A stretch of DNA of 63,987 nt, filler included, from Rhabdomonas costata (GCA_019059605.1; 56 parts of 56 records of this genome joined end to end with filler, not necessarily neighbours in it), one strand, 5' to 3'. Counted from the first letter of the whole stretch, positions 48,912 through 61,798 are shown. The notes: a model not told the origin generated them from the sequence alone. Numbers and translations are program-made.

Positions 48912-51069
48912 GTGTGTGCGTGTCTGTGCGTGTGTGCGTGCTTGTGAGATAGACCTTTCTCAGTCATCATCTCGTCATCATTAACTCTTGTGTCTCGCGG
49001 CTGCTCGAAAGTCCGTCATTTCCAGGTAACTTATGTCCCCAACCTGGCCTCCTTGTTCCACAGAGGAAGTCCTGGTTGGGGTGGGGCCTGAGTTCCCTTC
49101 ATCCTTAAGCGAGATNNNNNNNNNNNNNNNNNNNNNNNNNNNNNNNNNNNNNNNNNNNNTTAATTAATTAANNNNNNNNNNNNNNNNNNNNNNNNNNNNN
49201 NNNNNNNNNNNNNNNGTTGGTCCGCTCCGCCTAATATCGGTGTGGTTTTCGGTGTAGCACGTTATGCTTGTTATTCAGCACTTCAGCCACCTCCCCTGGG
49301 GCAGCCGCGCTGATGTGCTGAATAACAAGCATAACGTGCTACACCGAAAACCACACCGATATTAGGCGGAGCGGACCCGCCTTACCAAACCGACCGCATG
49401 GGGCACGGCTCGGCATTTCGTAAGTTCGTTCGTGTGAAAGGACAGCATGGTATCTGCAGGCGCATTGGGGGTATCTGCGTGCGTGTGAGGCGAACACAGG
49501 GGGTTTCGAAACAGAGCGAGCACCGCTGATTTTCCAGGCGGTTTTTAATATGTTTGCGTTGCGAGGATTTTCCGCATTGCTAGGGTTTACCCACTGTGAA
49601 TGCCGTTGTGTGGGCACACATCAGAAAGTACAGGGGACTGAAATAGGGTGGACAAATGAAATACCTTGGGGTCAAACATGGACGTTGAGGCGGTGGCCAC
49701 AGCTGTCCCCACGGACAGCAGGGAGCTTCCCGCCGTCGTAGCCCACCCTATTAGAAAAGGTAGTGCAAGGCGCGGAAAGGTGGATATCAAAAATTAAAGA
49801 TACATCGAAGACGAATCGGTGAGGTGAAGCTGACTTCACTTATGAAACCTTTGCCGACGTCAGTCCCGGGAATCCAAGGGCAATCGACGAGCAACACAGC
49901 AGCCGAAGCGTTACTTCAAATCACCCACCAAGGAATCGAGAGGGCCCAACTTCTCCCCATCTCACGTCCCTATCATCACAGTTTGCGGAAGGGAAAGTGT
50001 AAGGCAGAATCCTTGAAGGGCCCTGCTGACCTTGTGATTCGAACCTCTCTCAGACAAATGATAACTCCCATGGGTCCTGCAAAATTCCCCATGATTTCTA
50101 TTGGTTTCCCTGCTTCCATTTCGGCTCGTGATTTCCGGTTACCCGTCCCAGTGTTCCCATCAGTAACTCCCAAGAGCCCTCATCCAGCGCGGCAGAAGAA
50201 ACAGATCCTTCGTAGCACAGCCAGAATTCAGTCACAACAACACAGGCAACCCCACCCCNNNNNNNNNNNNNNNNNNNNNNNNNNNNNNNNNNNNNNNNNN
50301 NNTTAATTAATTAANNNNNNNNNNNNNNNNNNNNNNNNNNNNNNNNNNNNNNNNNNNNTGGGTGTTTGGTGAGCTCTTCTTCTGTTGTGCGGCTCAAACA
50401 CAAGAAGGAGGTAGCGTTAGGACGGTTCTTTGCCCCGCTGATGTTGCCCCTCAGGGCACTTGCAGGCTAATCATGCACGAGCCCCACCACACGTTTGTGG
50501 TACGGGAGCAGCCTGAACTGTCGTGGCAACGTGCCGTGCGACAGGCGTGGCACCCTTTGTGGCGCGCGGGCACACTCCCAGCCCACTGCCACATCCTACT
50601 CCCCAGGCATGGCCTCACGGCAACATGCATCACCTCAATAATATGCACATAAGGACATGACATGAGATGGCACGCGTTTATGCTGCACATGCGCACGTCT
50701 CTCTGCTCACTCATGCGATCAGAATCGGACAATTCGTAAAGACAAGGAAATAACGTAGAAGTATGGCAATCCAGTTCTCGGGTTTTCACTTTTGTTTCGC
50801 AGGGGCGTAAGAATCCCAAGACGAAATGATTGGGCCACGTTCATTCTCTGTAACTCGCTTGCATCAGCCTGAGTTAAAACTTTATACTTGTTCGATATCT
50901 GCGGATCTGTGCCATTTCATGACTGAGTGATGACCAGACGACTTGTACTGTTTCCGGATGAGTCGTTATCGGCACTATTCTTGTCCTCGGCTTCGTTTGC
51001 TTTTCCTTCTTGTCTTCGGAGTGGTTCACGTCAGTCGCGTCACTTAAAAAATGAAGAAATCGCCAGCAA

Positions 51070-51212
51070 TACCTGAACCTGAAAAACAGGATCTTCCGGG
51101 GTGAGCTTATGGAGGACCCCTCCGTAGTGCAGTCTCTGCCGCAGCTCTATGTGTGTGTTATGTGCACGACGCTGTTCCAGCCTGCCGCCCGGCTGGACGC
51201 GATCGACTTCGT
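51070..51212 (-). CDS. Exon, unknown protein
   Basis: CGCAG|DEVDRVQPGGRLEQRRAHNTHIELRQRLHYGGVLHKLTPEDPVFQ|GT; boundaries approximate. Confidence 0.4.
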
Positions 51213-53149
51213 CCTGCGGTGAGTGTGTGCCTCCCGTACTGCTACCCTTGAGGGGCTGGGCTAGTGCATTGGGCGAATGTGACCTCGGCAAAAAAAATAA
51301 TCACTGAGTCAACCCAGATAGACAATATCCTTAAAACACGAAATTCTATTTTCCTCCCGCATCAGCGTGTGTGATCCTTACATTGTTGTTTTTTGGTGGG
51401 GTTNNNNNNNNNNNNNNNNNNNNNNNNNNNNNNNNNNNNNNNNNNNNTTAATTAATTAANNNNNNNNNNNNNNNNNNNNNNNNNNNNNNNNNNNNNNNNN
51501 NNNTTTGTGGGGTTTTCATAAATTTAATATCAAGTATAGACGGTGCGTGGATGAAGGCACAACTGTCAAAGAAGAAGAGGAACCGGTGTCTCATTAGCGG
51601 CGTTCTAGAGGGCGAATATAATTTCATGCTGGGGTCACTCCGGGCAATTCTGGACTGACGGGCAACATCCATGACATCCTTACGTACTTGACATCCATGA
51701 CATTCTTGCCGGACGGACACGAGATTCCGAAGTTTTCGGAAGTCAAATATGCAATTTCACTGTGAAATATTTTTTTAAGGAAAAAGCATGTGCACCCATC
51801 AGTGCAGTTTGACTTTCGGGAGGGGCAACAATTACAAAGATCGAATGCCGCAAATTACTGCTTTAAGTGAACACGAGCTAAATTTGGTTTCTTGACGTGT
51901 CGGTGCCTGAATTGCATGCCTGAACCACTCCGTTGTCGTTTTCATTGGTCGCCTGGCCGTCACTCGCATCAATGCAGCTTCTCTCGTCAGCTGTTTTTTT
52001 TTTGCTTGTTTTTGCGGGAGACTTAACAACTTTGCAGCAGAAAAACAGAGAACCGAGAACCAGAAAACCGCACGTCTTTTGCCATCTGGACAGCGTTTCT
52101 TTGTTGTTTGTTAACACGAAACGTTTCTCAAAGTTCCAGTTTAGAATGATTCTTGACGCTTTTTTTGTGTGGGATTTTTTGTAAAGAAAGATTTTGAAAT
52201 CCTCGGCGGTGGCCCCGAATCGAAACCTATAGGAGTTCATAGGCGCAAGTGAGCCAATGAACCTGATGCACGTGGTGCCGCGAGCCGGCGAAATGCCGTA
52301 GGCCAAGGGCAACACCTCGGTGGACTTGCACGGCCAAGAGACATTTGCACAAAAATTCTGTATTCGAGGTAGTTTGTGCGTGATGGTTGATTGTTAGACG
52401 TGCCTGCTCATCGTAGTCATGGTCGAAGCCAGGCGCACCAGCTAAATGCCTGCGAGCCTGCGCACCGGTACCTGTAATTGTCAGTAGCAGGTGAGACAGC
52501 AGATATGCGCTCGCTTTTCTCGTTGTATGCGAATAGAGCCCCACACCNNNNNNNNNNNNNNNNNNNNNNNNNNNNNNNNNNNNNNNNNNNNTTAATTAAT
52601 TAANNNNNNNNNNNNNNNNNNNNNNNNNNNNNNNNNNNNNNNNNNNNCTCCCTTACCCCCCCTCTGTACTTGTAACAGTTGTTCGGCCCGTTGTGTTTTT
52701 GCCTATGCCATCTCAACCACTGGTATGATGGCCCTTGTGCGGCAATATGCAAGGAAGCGAGGCGTGCGTGATTTCAAGGACTTCCGTTTGTGTTGTTATG
52801 AACTTTTGCTTGCGCGTCGTTGTTCTGTATAGGTGTTCCCTCTTTGAGCATGTGCACGTCGGACCTGCCAGATGACAGCATCTTCCACTCACGCCCACCC
52901 GCGGTCTGGATACTGCTCTGCTTTGGTTGGACTTTTTGGCAACCTCTGCTTTCGACTGCCCCCCCCCCTCGCGCCGCAAAACTCAACAGGTTCGCACACA
53001 AACGCACACCTGCATCTTCCCTTCTTCAAACTCTTGGTTTCGTCCAGCCAGTATTTTTGGCTTGGCATGTACAGAGGATTTCGGAGGGGTTTGGGTTTAA
53101 GGTATCCTTGGTCTTGGAGGGATTCCTCGATCCATTGTCTTACCTCTGG

Positions 53150-53560
53150 TATGCCCGTCAGGGTGGCGCCTTTGCAAATTCGCTGCTCCGCTTCTTTGGT
53201 ACCAACCACTCGGACTTGCGCTGTACCGTCCCAAGAATGGTTTTGAGTTCCAGCTGTGCAAGCATTAGCGCTGTGCTGTGGTGCTGTGCTGTATTGTTCG
53301 CAGAAGCACACGTATCCCCCCTTCCAAGCCCAAACAGTCCTCACCCTTGAGTCCGTCGAAACGGCTGTTGCTGTACCTGCCCAGTTTGGGTGTTGGTTTG
53401 ACTGTCCCGATTCCGAGTCACTCCACGTCCGTCTCCCATTTTGGCAGAGGCCTCTGCCCCAGAGTTGTGCTGTATTGCCCATAGGGCTGCACTTTTTCTC
53501 TCTCTCTGTCCCTCTCACGTTTTCTTCAAATGAGACCCGCATTGTCGCTGCGGCCTGTGC
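53150..53560 (-). mobile_element. Possible decayed APE endonuclease region of a LINE
   Basis: HPNWAGTATAVSTDSRVRTVW...YSTAPQ resembles the APE stretch 'GVxIL...D..GR.....NIYAP'. Weak. Confidence 0.25.
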
Positions 53561-54046
53561 ACGCGCCTGTCCTGTACTTTCATCCATCTCACCCCTGACC
53601 ATCACTGTACTTCCACCCATCCAACACCAGCATCCAGGACTTCGCAGGAAAAACACAATTGCATTCATCACTATTTGGGTGAATGTATTTNNNNNNNNNN
53701 NNNNNNNNNNNNNNNNNNNNNNNNNNNNNNNNNNTTAATTAATTAANNNNNNNNNNNNNNNNNNNNNNNNNNNNNNNNNNNNNNNNNNNNGTTGGGGTGT
53801 ATGTGTGCGGTTTGGTTGTGCCTAGTGTGCTTGCAGTTCCTCAGCTGGAGCTTCAAGTGCGTTCGCCGATAAAGAGTTTTGAACGAAAAGGTAAGTGACA
53901 TTGGCTTAATGCGTAGGATTTATTCTTATTTTTATTTTATTTTTTACAAGGGGGATGTTCAGGAATCGCTGGTTCTGGGGAGGAATGTTCTTGATTGGTT
54001 TGCGGTTATGGTCGCAGTATCCCTCTCATTGTCCCACCCCCCGCAG

Positions 54047-54462
54047 CCGCTGCACTACGGTTGAAGCATGTTTCGTCTCTGGAGTATGATGACCCCGTGC
54101 TAGAGGATTGGATTGAGATGGAAGACCTGGGCAAGGCGGTGGAGCTGTGCGGGGAGCATGTGCGGTTGCGGGTGGAGGGAATTCCCCGGGCGCCCTCTCC
54201 TCCTCCCCCAATGTACGTCCTCGCTGCAAAGGTGACCCGTGCAGGCAGAAAGCACCATCGCAGGGTGGACTGGAGTGGGGCAAGCCTGCCCGACCTGTAT
54301 GCCCGCATTCGAGCTGCTGTTGGAGTGGGGTGCGACGAGGGTGATTTCATTTTGATGTTCTACGATTCGGACGGTCAGCTGCACCGGTTGGAAGACTTGG
54401 CCCAGCTCTCGGAGCTGCCCAAGACTTCCTCGGGAAGCATAAAAGTGCACCTAGTGTGCTGA
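54047..54462 (+). CDS. Terminal exon with tandem PB1/ubiquitin-like segments
   Basis: LEYDDPVLEDWIEMEDL and FILMFYDSDGQLHRLEDL resemble the PB1 acidic (OPCA) loop. CCGCAG acceptor. Confidence 0.55.
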
Positions 54463-55039
54463 GGTGTGTGCGCGTGCATTCAGCATTATAATCATATGAC
54501 CTTTCTTGGGATGGAATTGGAGACTGCAAGAGAATGGGGGTAGGCGCGCGAAAAACAGCGGTAGTGGTGGGGCACGTTAAGTAGTAATGCCCTATTTTAC
54601 TCAAATATTGGTTCATACTTACTTGTGCATTATTGAAGCGCTGTAAGCATGCGTTTGAGTTATGGGTGGGACCACACACATCAAGTGGGGGCGGGGTGTA
54701 CAATGGTTCGGCCACCTTAAGGACCCCCTTTGCTGCCCATGGGCTCTTTAGGCCAGGCCTATAATATACCGGTGTACCACTATACCCGGAGCCTCTCGAA
54801 GGCCCCTGGCCCAGTGGGTGGGATCCCCCCCNNNNNNNNNNNNNNNNNNNNNNNNNNNNNNNNNNNNNNNNNNNNTTAATTAATTAANNNNNNNNNNNNN
54901 NNNNNNNNNNNNNNNNNNNNNNNNNNNNNNNCTCACCATTCCATTCGGGTGGCACGACTCAGTTCACTCCTGTGAGTAGCTCTCTCCCTTTGTCGCTATG
55001 CTTTCATCGCCTTTCACAGTTGCGGGGGCTGTGATTGGG

Positions 55040-55170
55040 ACTCCGTCCATGAGCACTGCCGGGGCGTACTCACCCTGCATCCCTTCTTCGCCAGCAAGTT
55101 CGCGTTCCTTCTTCCGTTACCTCACGTTATTTCACAGAAGTCGGTTACCCACAAACGAGCCGCTTCCATT
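55040..55170 (-). mobile_element. Possible decayed retroelement RNase H C-terminus
   Basis: Remnant WV.....GN...ANLLAKKG (cf. WVPSH..GNExADxLAKxG). Confidence 0.3.
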
Positions 55171-55790
55171 CATCTCCAAGGTCCCAGAGGGGTATCTATT
55201 CATCCAGACCAATAGCCTTAGTGTGTGAGTGCCTTTCCCTTCTATCCTCCTAAGACGGGAGATTGTGCTTCCAAGCTGTCATGTATTTCTGGGCCTCCTT
55301 ATGAACCTCTCTTAGAAACGGGGGGAAACTGGTATAAAAAATGGTATAAAAAAAGTAAAACCTCAGAATTATGGGCCGAGAAATTGTAAAACAGAAAGAA
55401 AGAAAGAAAACCGTGGGAGGGGGGCACTTTTCTCAGCACCGTAACATTCGTGTTTGACTGGTCTTTCCTCCGCGAACTGAGCTGAACCAAGGCGCCTCTT
55501 TTTGGTATCCGTCCTTCTTTGGCGTCCCTTTTGTCCCCGCCCCGCCCCCCTCCATGTGCGGTCACTCTCAGTCCGGGGGGTTGGGTGTTCCTAGGTGGAC
55601 CTGTGGCGACGATGGGAGGCCTTCCCCCCGCTTCACCGGCAGGTGGACATCGGAACACTCCCGCCATCCCTCTCGCCGTCTCTATCCGCTTGTTCCTTTC
55701 CCTTCGGCGACTCCGGTCCCCATCGATATCTTTTAAGATGAAGAAACACCACTGGGACCAAACGCGAAGTTCCCATGCATCGATCATATT

Positions 55791-55791
<1 letters not shown>

Positions 55792-55840
<49 letters not shown>
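55792..55840 (+). repeat. (CA)n microsatellite
   Basis: Seen directly. Confidence 0.98.
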
Positions 55841-55843
<3 letters not shown>

Positions 55844-56339
55844 TGAGCAAGACCGCTTTTTTGCGAGACTAGAAACACAACCACCTCAACAAGTGATTTG
55901 CAATTAGCAAATAAAAAATATACGAATAGGAGATAAGACACACACGCTGCTGTTAAGCTTTTTCCGACCCCCCTCCACCNNNNNNNNNNNNNNNNNNNNN
56001 NNNNNNNNNNNNNNNNNNNNNNNTTAATTAATTAANNNNNNNNNNNNNNNNNNNNNNNNNNNNNNNNNNNNNNNNNNNNGGGGTTTGTTGTTGAACATCT
56101 ATTCTCCGCAAGCGCAGAGCAAAGATCCGAGGAAAACAGGCCAGGCAGCGAGGGGGGGGGCATGGGTTCGTGTTTTGCAGGCGCCACAAAAGTAACCAAA
56201 GTGGCTACATAAAGACTGAAGATGAGCAACGACAGACACTTCGTCTCGGTGTATTGCCGTGTTTTAGCAAACTGGTTTCAAGGGAACATTGGATCCGCCA
56301 AACTTAGCAGAGTACTTTATGGCATTTGTCCCCACCCAC

Positions 56340-56544
56340 CTTTCTCGTTTGCCATGGTGAGTCCATCCTCCCGGCCCAGCTTTGGAGCCCCCAGCGGGTC
56401 CTCCTCCACCGCGCCCTCAGGGTCGTCCTCGCCCCCAGCAAGGGTGGGCTTCAGCCCGTCGAAGGCCTCCTTGTAGCTCGGGAACATCTCCCGGAAGCGC
56501 CGGAGGTAGGCGTCATCGTCCTCCTCGAACCGCGTCTCCGTAAT
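56340..56544 (-). CDS. Exon resembling the midasin (MDN1/Rea1) linker; a second GC3-rich exon lies at about 56978-57123
   Basis: ETRFEEDDDAYLRRFREMFPSYKEAFD resembles the midasin stretch 'EEEE..FRxLFPxY..xF'. TAG|...|GT borders. Confidence 0.45.
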
Positions 56545-56759
56545 CTATGGCACAGCAGCAACTTTGAGCACAGAAAGAGAAAAAAGCTGCGCTGCACAAA
56601 CTCACTTGCAGAACGGGAGGTAACCCGGTAGACGTCATATGGCATTCATAATATCACGGCCTTTGGGTAACAGCATCGTGAGGGGGATTACAGAGCAATG
56701 TACGCCTCCTCCTCGTTCCAGGTCTAACAGGAAGGTGCGAGCGATGCCCGTTTTCGAGT

Positions 56760-56927
56760 AGCAACCGTGGGCAATTCCTAACCTAGTAACCTAGGTGCCC
56801 CGATCGATGGGTGAAGCAGCTTGAACCTTTGCTGGGAAGGTGACTTCATGAACTGGATCACTCGCGGGAATCGAACTGGGGTTCCTGGGATTGGCAGACC
56901 GCAGTGGTGCCACTGCGCCAGCTTACT
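56760..56927 (-). mobile_element. tRNA-Gly(GCC)-derived SINE head, intronic
   Basis: Minus strand has an A box TGGCGCAGTGG, a loop CTGCCAA and a B box GTTCGATTCC at tRNA spacing, but the acceptor and anticodon stems are broken. Unrelated body sequence follows. Confidence 0.65.
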
Positions 56928-57670
56928 CTATTGACAACGGAGATACAACGGAGAAGACGAGTGAACCTTGAACCGCACGGAGGCGGAGGCTTGGCAGCGC
57001 AGCGCCAAGGCGCGGGTGCTCACTGCGGAGTGCAGGCGGGCCAGCCCGCGCAGCAGATCGTGCACCAGGCCCAGGGCCAGCGTGTCTGGAAAGAACTGCC
57101 GCAGCCCCTGCCCCAACGCCAGCNNNNNNNNNNNNNNNNNNNNNNNNNNNNNNNNNNNNNNNNNNNNTTAATTAATTAANNNNNNNNNNNNNNNNNNNNN
57201 NNNNNNNNNNNNNNNNNNNNNNNTGTTCCCAAGCCCTCGTGGTCCTGGTTTGAAGGGTTGTTGTGGTTTTGATATGTCGTGGTATCTTGTGGTGGTGGCT
57301 TTGGCGGTTTGACCCCATTTTTGGGGTGTAAAAACGGTGGGGTAAGAGGCCACCCATGCGAAAGGCCGCTGCCTTGGACGGCTCTGCTGTGCACAAAGCC
57401 CCGTTCTGCAAGTCGTGCCCGCGTCGGCGTGGTAAATGGCGAGGCCGCGGCCAAAGTCAATCATTTTATCCTCTAAAATTAAAGGTTGTTCCCTCGAACA
57501 CATGGTCGTCCATTTTGTGTTGTCGTGACATTCAAAGACGGCAGTAGACTTGGTAGGCTCCCACGCTACATGGTCCACGTGTAAAAGGTCCGCGTCACCA
57601 AGGGGTTCCTCATTCCAGTGGGCCTGTATCGCCGATATCCCGCGGATCCACAGATAATGGTTGCACAGTA

Positions 57671-58268
57671 ATGAGATTGAGTGCGAAATGTGCAGAGGTC
57701 ATTCGAGATCCATTGGCAGCTCTCAGAGATCACGTTGTTGATGATGATGAAACAGTTGATGCAGAGACGAGGAAAGGGCGGACCTTGAAAAGGGAGCTAG
57801 GACAGATATCGGCCTCGGCTCCACCCCCAGCGGTCAAGAGAGCAATTAAAGAGCCAGTGAAGCCCCAGCAAACTTTACGAATCCAGACATGGAAGATTCC
57901 GTTGCTGCAGAATGCAGATGCTAGAGGTTGTGAGGTTTGCGGTCCAGAGGATCACACATATGGCAGGGGAGGTAGATTAATGGACTATGGGCCGACAGAG
58001 GAGTTATTGGGGAAGAAGTTATTTCTCAGAATGGATTGTTCCAGAGAGGAGACCACGGCTCCACAGAGTGTGGTGATGAGGCTAAAGCCAATGAATGTTT
58101 TCACAGGGTGTGTTTATAAAGTGTGGTACCCGTGTGCCCCGCCGAAGGACTTGGCCGCTGCCAGAGCAGTCGTGCCAGTGTCACCGGCATCATCCAAAAG
58201 CGGAGCGGGTGAGGAAGACGATACAGAGGTACATCCAGTTGATGGGGAAGGAGGAGAGTGGCAGACAT
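57671..58268 (+). CDS. Intronless partial ORF of unknown function (possibly a TE ORF1)
   Basis: About 199 open codons, purine-rich, without the host GC3 bias, containing a CEVC..EDH motif. Confidence 0.4.
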
Positions 58269-58368
58269 NNNNNNNNNNNNNNNNNNNNNNNNNNNNNNNN
58301 NNNNNNNNNNNNTTAATTAATTAANNNNNNNNNNNNNNNNNNNNNNNNNNNNNNNNNNNNNNNNNNNN

Positions 58369-59412
58369 GGCGGAATTCGTCAAACCTCAGGGTAATCGGA
58401 GTGTATGGGATGTTCAGGACTTCTGCCACAGAGCGTACTCGACGGGGCTCCTCGGCTTGTACGGTGGGCTTCGGGGGCTCCATTTTCTCGGACCCAGCAG
58501 TCACAGGAGCACGAGAGACCTCTATGCAGACCCGCCCACAGGCCGCTCCGCTGCTGCCGCTCACCAATGGGACCCATCCGCGTCGAGTCTGCGCCCCCTC
58601 CGGGGAATTCTCCAGCTCGGGCAGGGAGCTGAGCTTCACCGTGGCCAAGGCCCGCATAAGCACCGCCAGAGCGTCGCAAAGCTCCACGGTGAGGAGAATA
58701 TCCGTGTTTCCTAAAGCCCACCCCCATTTTTGAAGCAAGGGTGCAGAAATCCAGTTTTTTTTGGTTAGCTACCTCCGTTTAACAAGGTTCGATTTGAACT
58801 TCCGGGACAACCCTTCCCTTGGTACACCACCCTGGGATAAGCCACCCTGAGACCGCAGAAAAAGTCAAGTCAACAACAAAACATTCCAGTGTCCAAGGTC
58901 CATAGAAACAAAGGCTGGATGCGAGGAAAAGGGTTGCGAGTGCGAGAGGGATGGATATCGTGGTTGCACATCGCGATGAATCCAAGGAGGAAGAAGGAAT
59001 GCCACAAGTACAGCGCAGGCGGAGCGGAAGTGACAATGGAACCCAGTGGGGCAGCACATGACAGCTGAGGCCCTGAGACCGTCGTGCACCGCAAGGGAAG
59101 TCGAGATCCAGCGTAGCCACAAACGTCAGCAACTGATAATCAGCTAAAACGAGGGGATGACAGTCAAATAAATCATTACAGGGGCTGAACGGATTTAGAT
59201 ATCAACACAATCATGAGGATCAGGAAGGCGAGGGGAGGGGGTACCCGGGGGTATTCTCACGGGAAGGTTCAGCACTTCGTTCCAGGTCAAGCTGCCAGCA
59301 ATCACTTGGGACTTGGTCGAGGCAGTCTGCACCGTCACTCCTTGGGCGGACACCCGAACAAAGGGGCACGGCAGCAAAACCTCCTCTGCGGAGAACACAG
59401 TGACCACCAACC
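58369..59412 (-). CDS. C2-domain protein; exons 59261-59412, 59090-59132 and 58710 downward
   Basis: PFVRVSAQGVTVQT...LTWNEVLNL / LLTVELCD...VKLSSL...WVPL...GRVCIEV. Phases (0 and 1) are compatible via the 43-nt middle exon. Confidence 0.7.
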
Positions 59413-59512
59413 NNNNNNNNNNNNNNNNNNNNNNNNNNNNNNNNNNNNNNNNNNNNTTAATTAATTAANNNNNNNNNNNNNNNNNNNNNNNNNNNNNNNN
59501 NNNNNNNNNNNN

Positions 59513-60200
59513 AGCCCGACACACGTCATCTCGGCCTCACTGACCGCCTAAAAAATGTTCAGAGAAGAAAAAACAGGATGAAAGCGGGAATCTGTACCTC
59601 ACCTTTTGGAATCAATTCGCTGAAGCGAAGCTGACATATGGCCCGTGTCACCTCAAAAGTGAGAGGTGACAGCAGAAGGTCAAAATCAGCTTGGAAAAAC
59701 AAGCATACCCGCTTTGCACCGGAACCCAGGTTTTTCACAACCCGTTGTAACTTCTAAGTCCGAAAATGCCTGATTTAGTGCACACTTTGTAAGCTGTGAC
59801 TTTTTATGTGGTGAGATGTGGTAATTGACAAAACTCAGGGGGGGGGTGCATCGTATACCAAGCAGCCCAAATAGAACCCTGAATGGGCACTAGGACTGCA
59901 AGAAAAAAGATTTCATGGGGAATTTTAAATGCGGGTGAGTTGGTTCAGTAGCTTTGATTTGGTCTTAAAAGCGCAATGCCAGCGCAATGCCCTCCCCAAC
60001 CAAAAGAGGAGATCAGGAAGGGTAATTTTCCAAAACCAGCCATGTGGAGATCAAATGATGAGTTGACTCAGTAAGAGGAAAAAGCAGTGGCAGACCTCCA
60101 CCACGGGTACCCCGATTAGCCGAAGCATTCTCTTGAGGTCATCGGTTTCCTTCCGCGTCCTATACTGCGCCAGGCGGAGATCGAATTTCTTGACAGCCTC
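59513..60200 (-). CDS. FEN1/XPG-family nuclease; exons 60096-60200 and 59513-59547
   Basis: EAVKKFDLRL...DDLKRMLRLIGVPVVE|AVSEAEMTC matches the FEN1 I-region 'KxLLxLMGVPVVEAPSEAEAQC'. Confidence 0.85.
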
Positions 60201-60884
60201 CTGAAGTGAGAGACATTGTCGCAAAACTTACCACTGGTCGTTCAAAGAACAGCGTGGGAACCACGCAGGAGCGTCAGCAGAAAGGTGCGTCTACTGAACA
60301 CCTCGAGCACCTTGCGCTTAAAGGATAGCCATGAGGTCTGCTATCAACAATGGTGTGTCATTGCATTGAAGAGGAAACCGCCTGCGTCGGTTGAAAGAAC
60401 TTGCCAAAAAGTATACACCAGTCGTTGGCCTTTCTCTCTTGGGGAAATTATAACACCGGTGTCTGCTTCCCAGTGCCGCCCCCATCGCACAGATGGGAAA
60501 CTACCCGCTCAGCAGCAAACCCGTTCTGAAGCTTCTTCACATCTACCACAACACCCNNNNNNNNNNNNNNNNNNNNNNNNNNNNNNNNNNNNNNNNNNNN
60601 TTAATTAATTAANNNNNNNNNNNNNNNNNNNNNNNNNNNNNNNNNNNNNNNNNNNNGGCTCCGTCGGCATGCCAGTACATCAGAACTATAATTTTGTTTG
60701 GACCTCATGAAAAGCCGTATTATGCGTCTCGCTGGCGTGAAACTTGGGTTTCGACGACTCTCCACAAATGAAAATCAATGTCAAATCTTCAGAGTCGTCA
60801 AGAAAAAGTGCCCACTGCCACCGCGACAAAGGCAAAGCAGAGCATCTGCTTCTCAGACGGAACAGGAGCCCTTCCCCCTTCGCT

Positions 60885-61698
60885 TCACTTCCTTACCCAA
60901 AGCACGGCCAAGGGGTGCAGGGATTGCGTCTCCGCGCTGACCAGCTCAAGGTACTCCACCTCGTCCACGGGCGCCGCTTGGAACAAGTATGTACGCGACA
61001 CCCCGGCCACATGCGTGTCCACCGCACCGTTGAAAAGAGGCCGGATGTCCTCCCGACCCGTAGAACCGCGAGAAGCTAAACCTGTCCTCCGGCGTGGCGT
61101 AGGAATTGGCACGGGTCACGGGGTAGGCCAGACCCACGGCCACCGCGAAAAGCACCACAGGCCAGCATCCCTCTGCGCTGGTCGGCCTCAGTCCTTCGCG
61201 GGAGAGTTCGCCGCTGGCGTACTGCGCGGCGTACTCCAGGCTGGGGGTGGTGTAGCAGCCATACCTGGTGGGCAGAGAAACACGTATTGACGGAGCACAA
61301 TCAGACCAAAAAGGGCACTGAGGACGAAAGCAGGAACGGATCCATGGCAGAAAGCGGTCACATCGCCACTACACATATGTTTCCAGAAAGTTTCACACGG
61401 ACTCGAAGATGCAAATTACGAAGCCTTTAACGTTAGCTCAAAAATAGATACCGAACTCATCAATCGTGCTGACTTCACAGTCTCACGACATAGAGAGCGT
61501 AGAGAGACACGGGTGACGAACGAATGAAGCCTGCGCCTAAACTTACCCAAAGTAGCCACTGTCTTCGCGGCAGTACTTCTGCAGTCCCGCGCTCAGGATG
61601 TCCTCCAAAAAGTCCACCCGAGTGCCGTGGAAGGTCAGCATGGCGTTCGTCCGGCGACACCGCGTCAGAAACATCCCCTTCAGTTCCCCCACCAACCC
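60885..61698 (-). CDS. PARP-like ADP-ribosyltransferase catalytic domain; exons 61547-61698 and 60885-61264, with an apparent frameshift at 61057-61059
   Basis: FHGT, DSGYFG|YGCYTT..LEYAAQY, VVLFAVAVG..YPV, DTH and YLELV....LHPLAVLW give an H-Y-E triad in order. Confidence 0.8.
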
Positions 61699-61798
61699 NN
61701 NNNNNNNNNNNNNNNNNNNNNNNNNNNNNNNNNNNNNNNNNNTTAATTAATTAANNNNNNNNNNNNNNNNNNNNNNNNNNNNNNNNNNNNNNNNNNNN

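Noticed and set aside
49219-49377. ~63-bp inverted repeat forming a long hairpin
   Set aside because: It is terminal, perfect outside and imperfect inside, as expected for a self-priming artefact.
56857-56927. Functional tRNA-Gly gene
   Set aside because: The acceptor and anticodon stems do not pair; better read as a SINE head or pseudogene.
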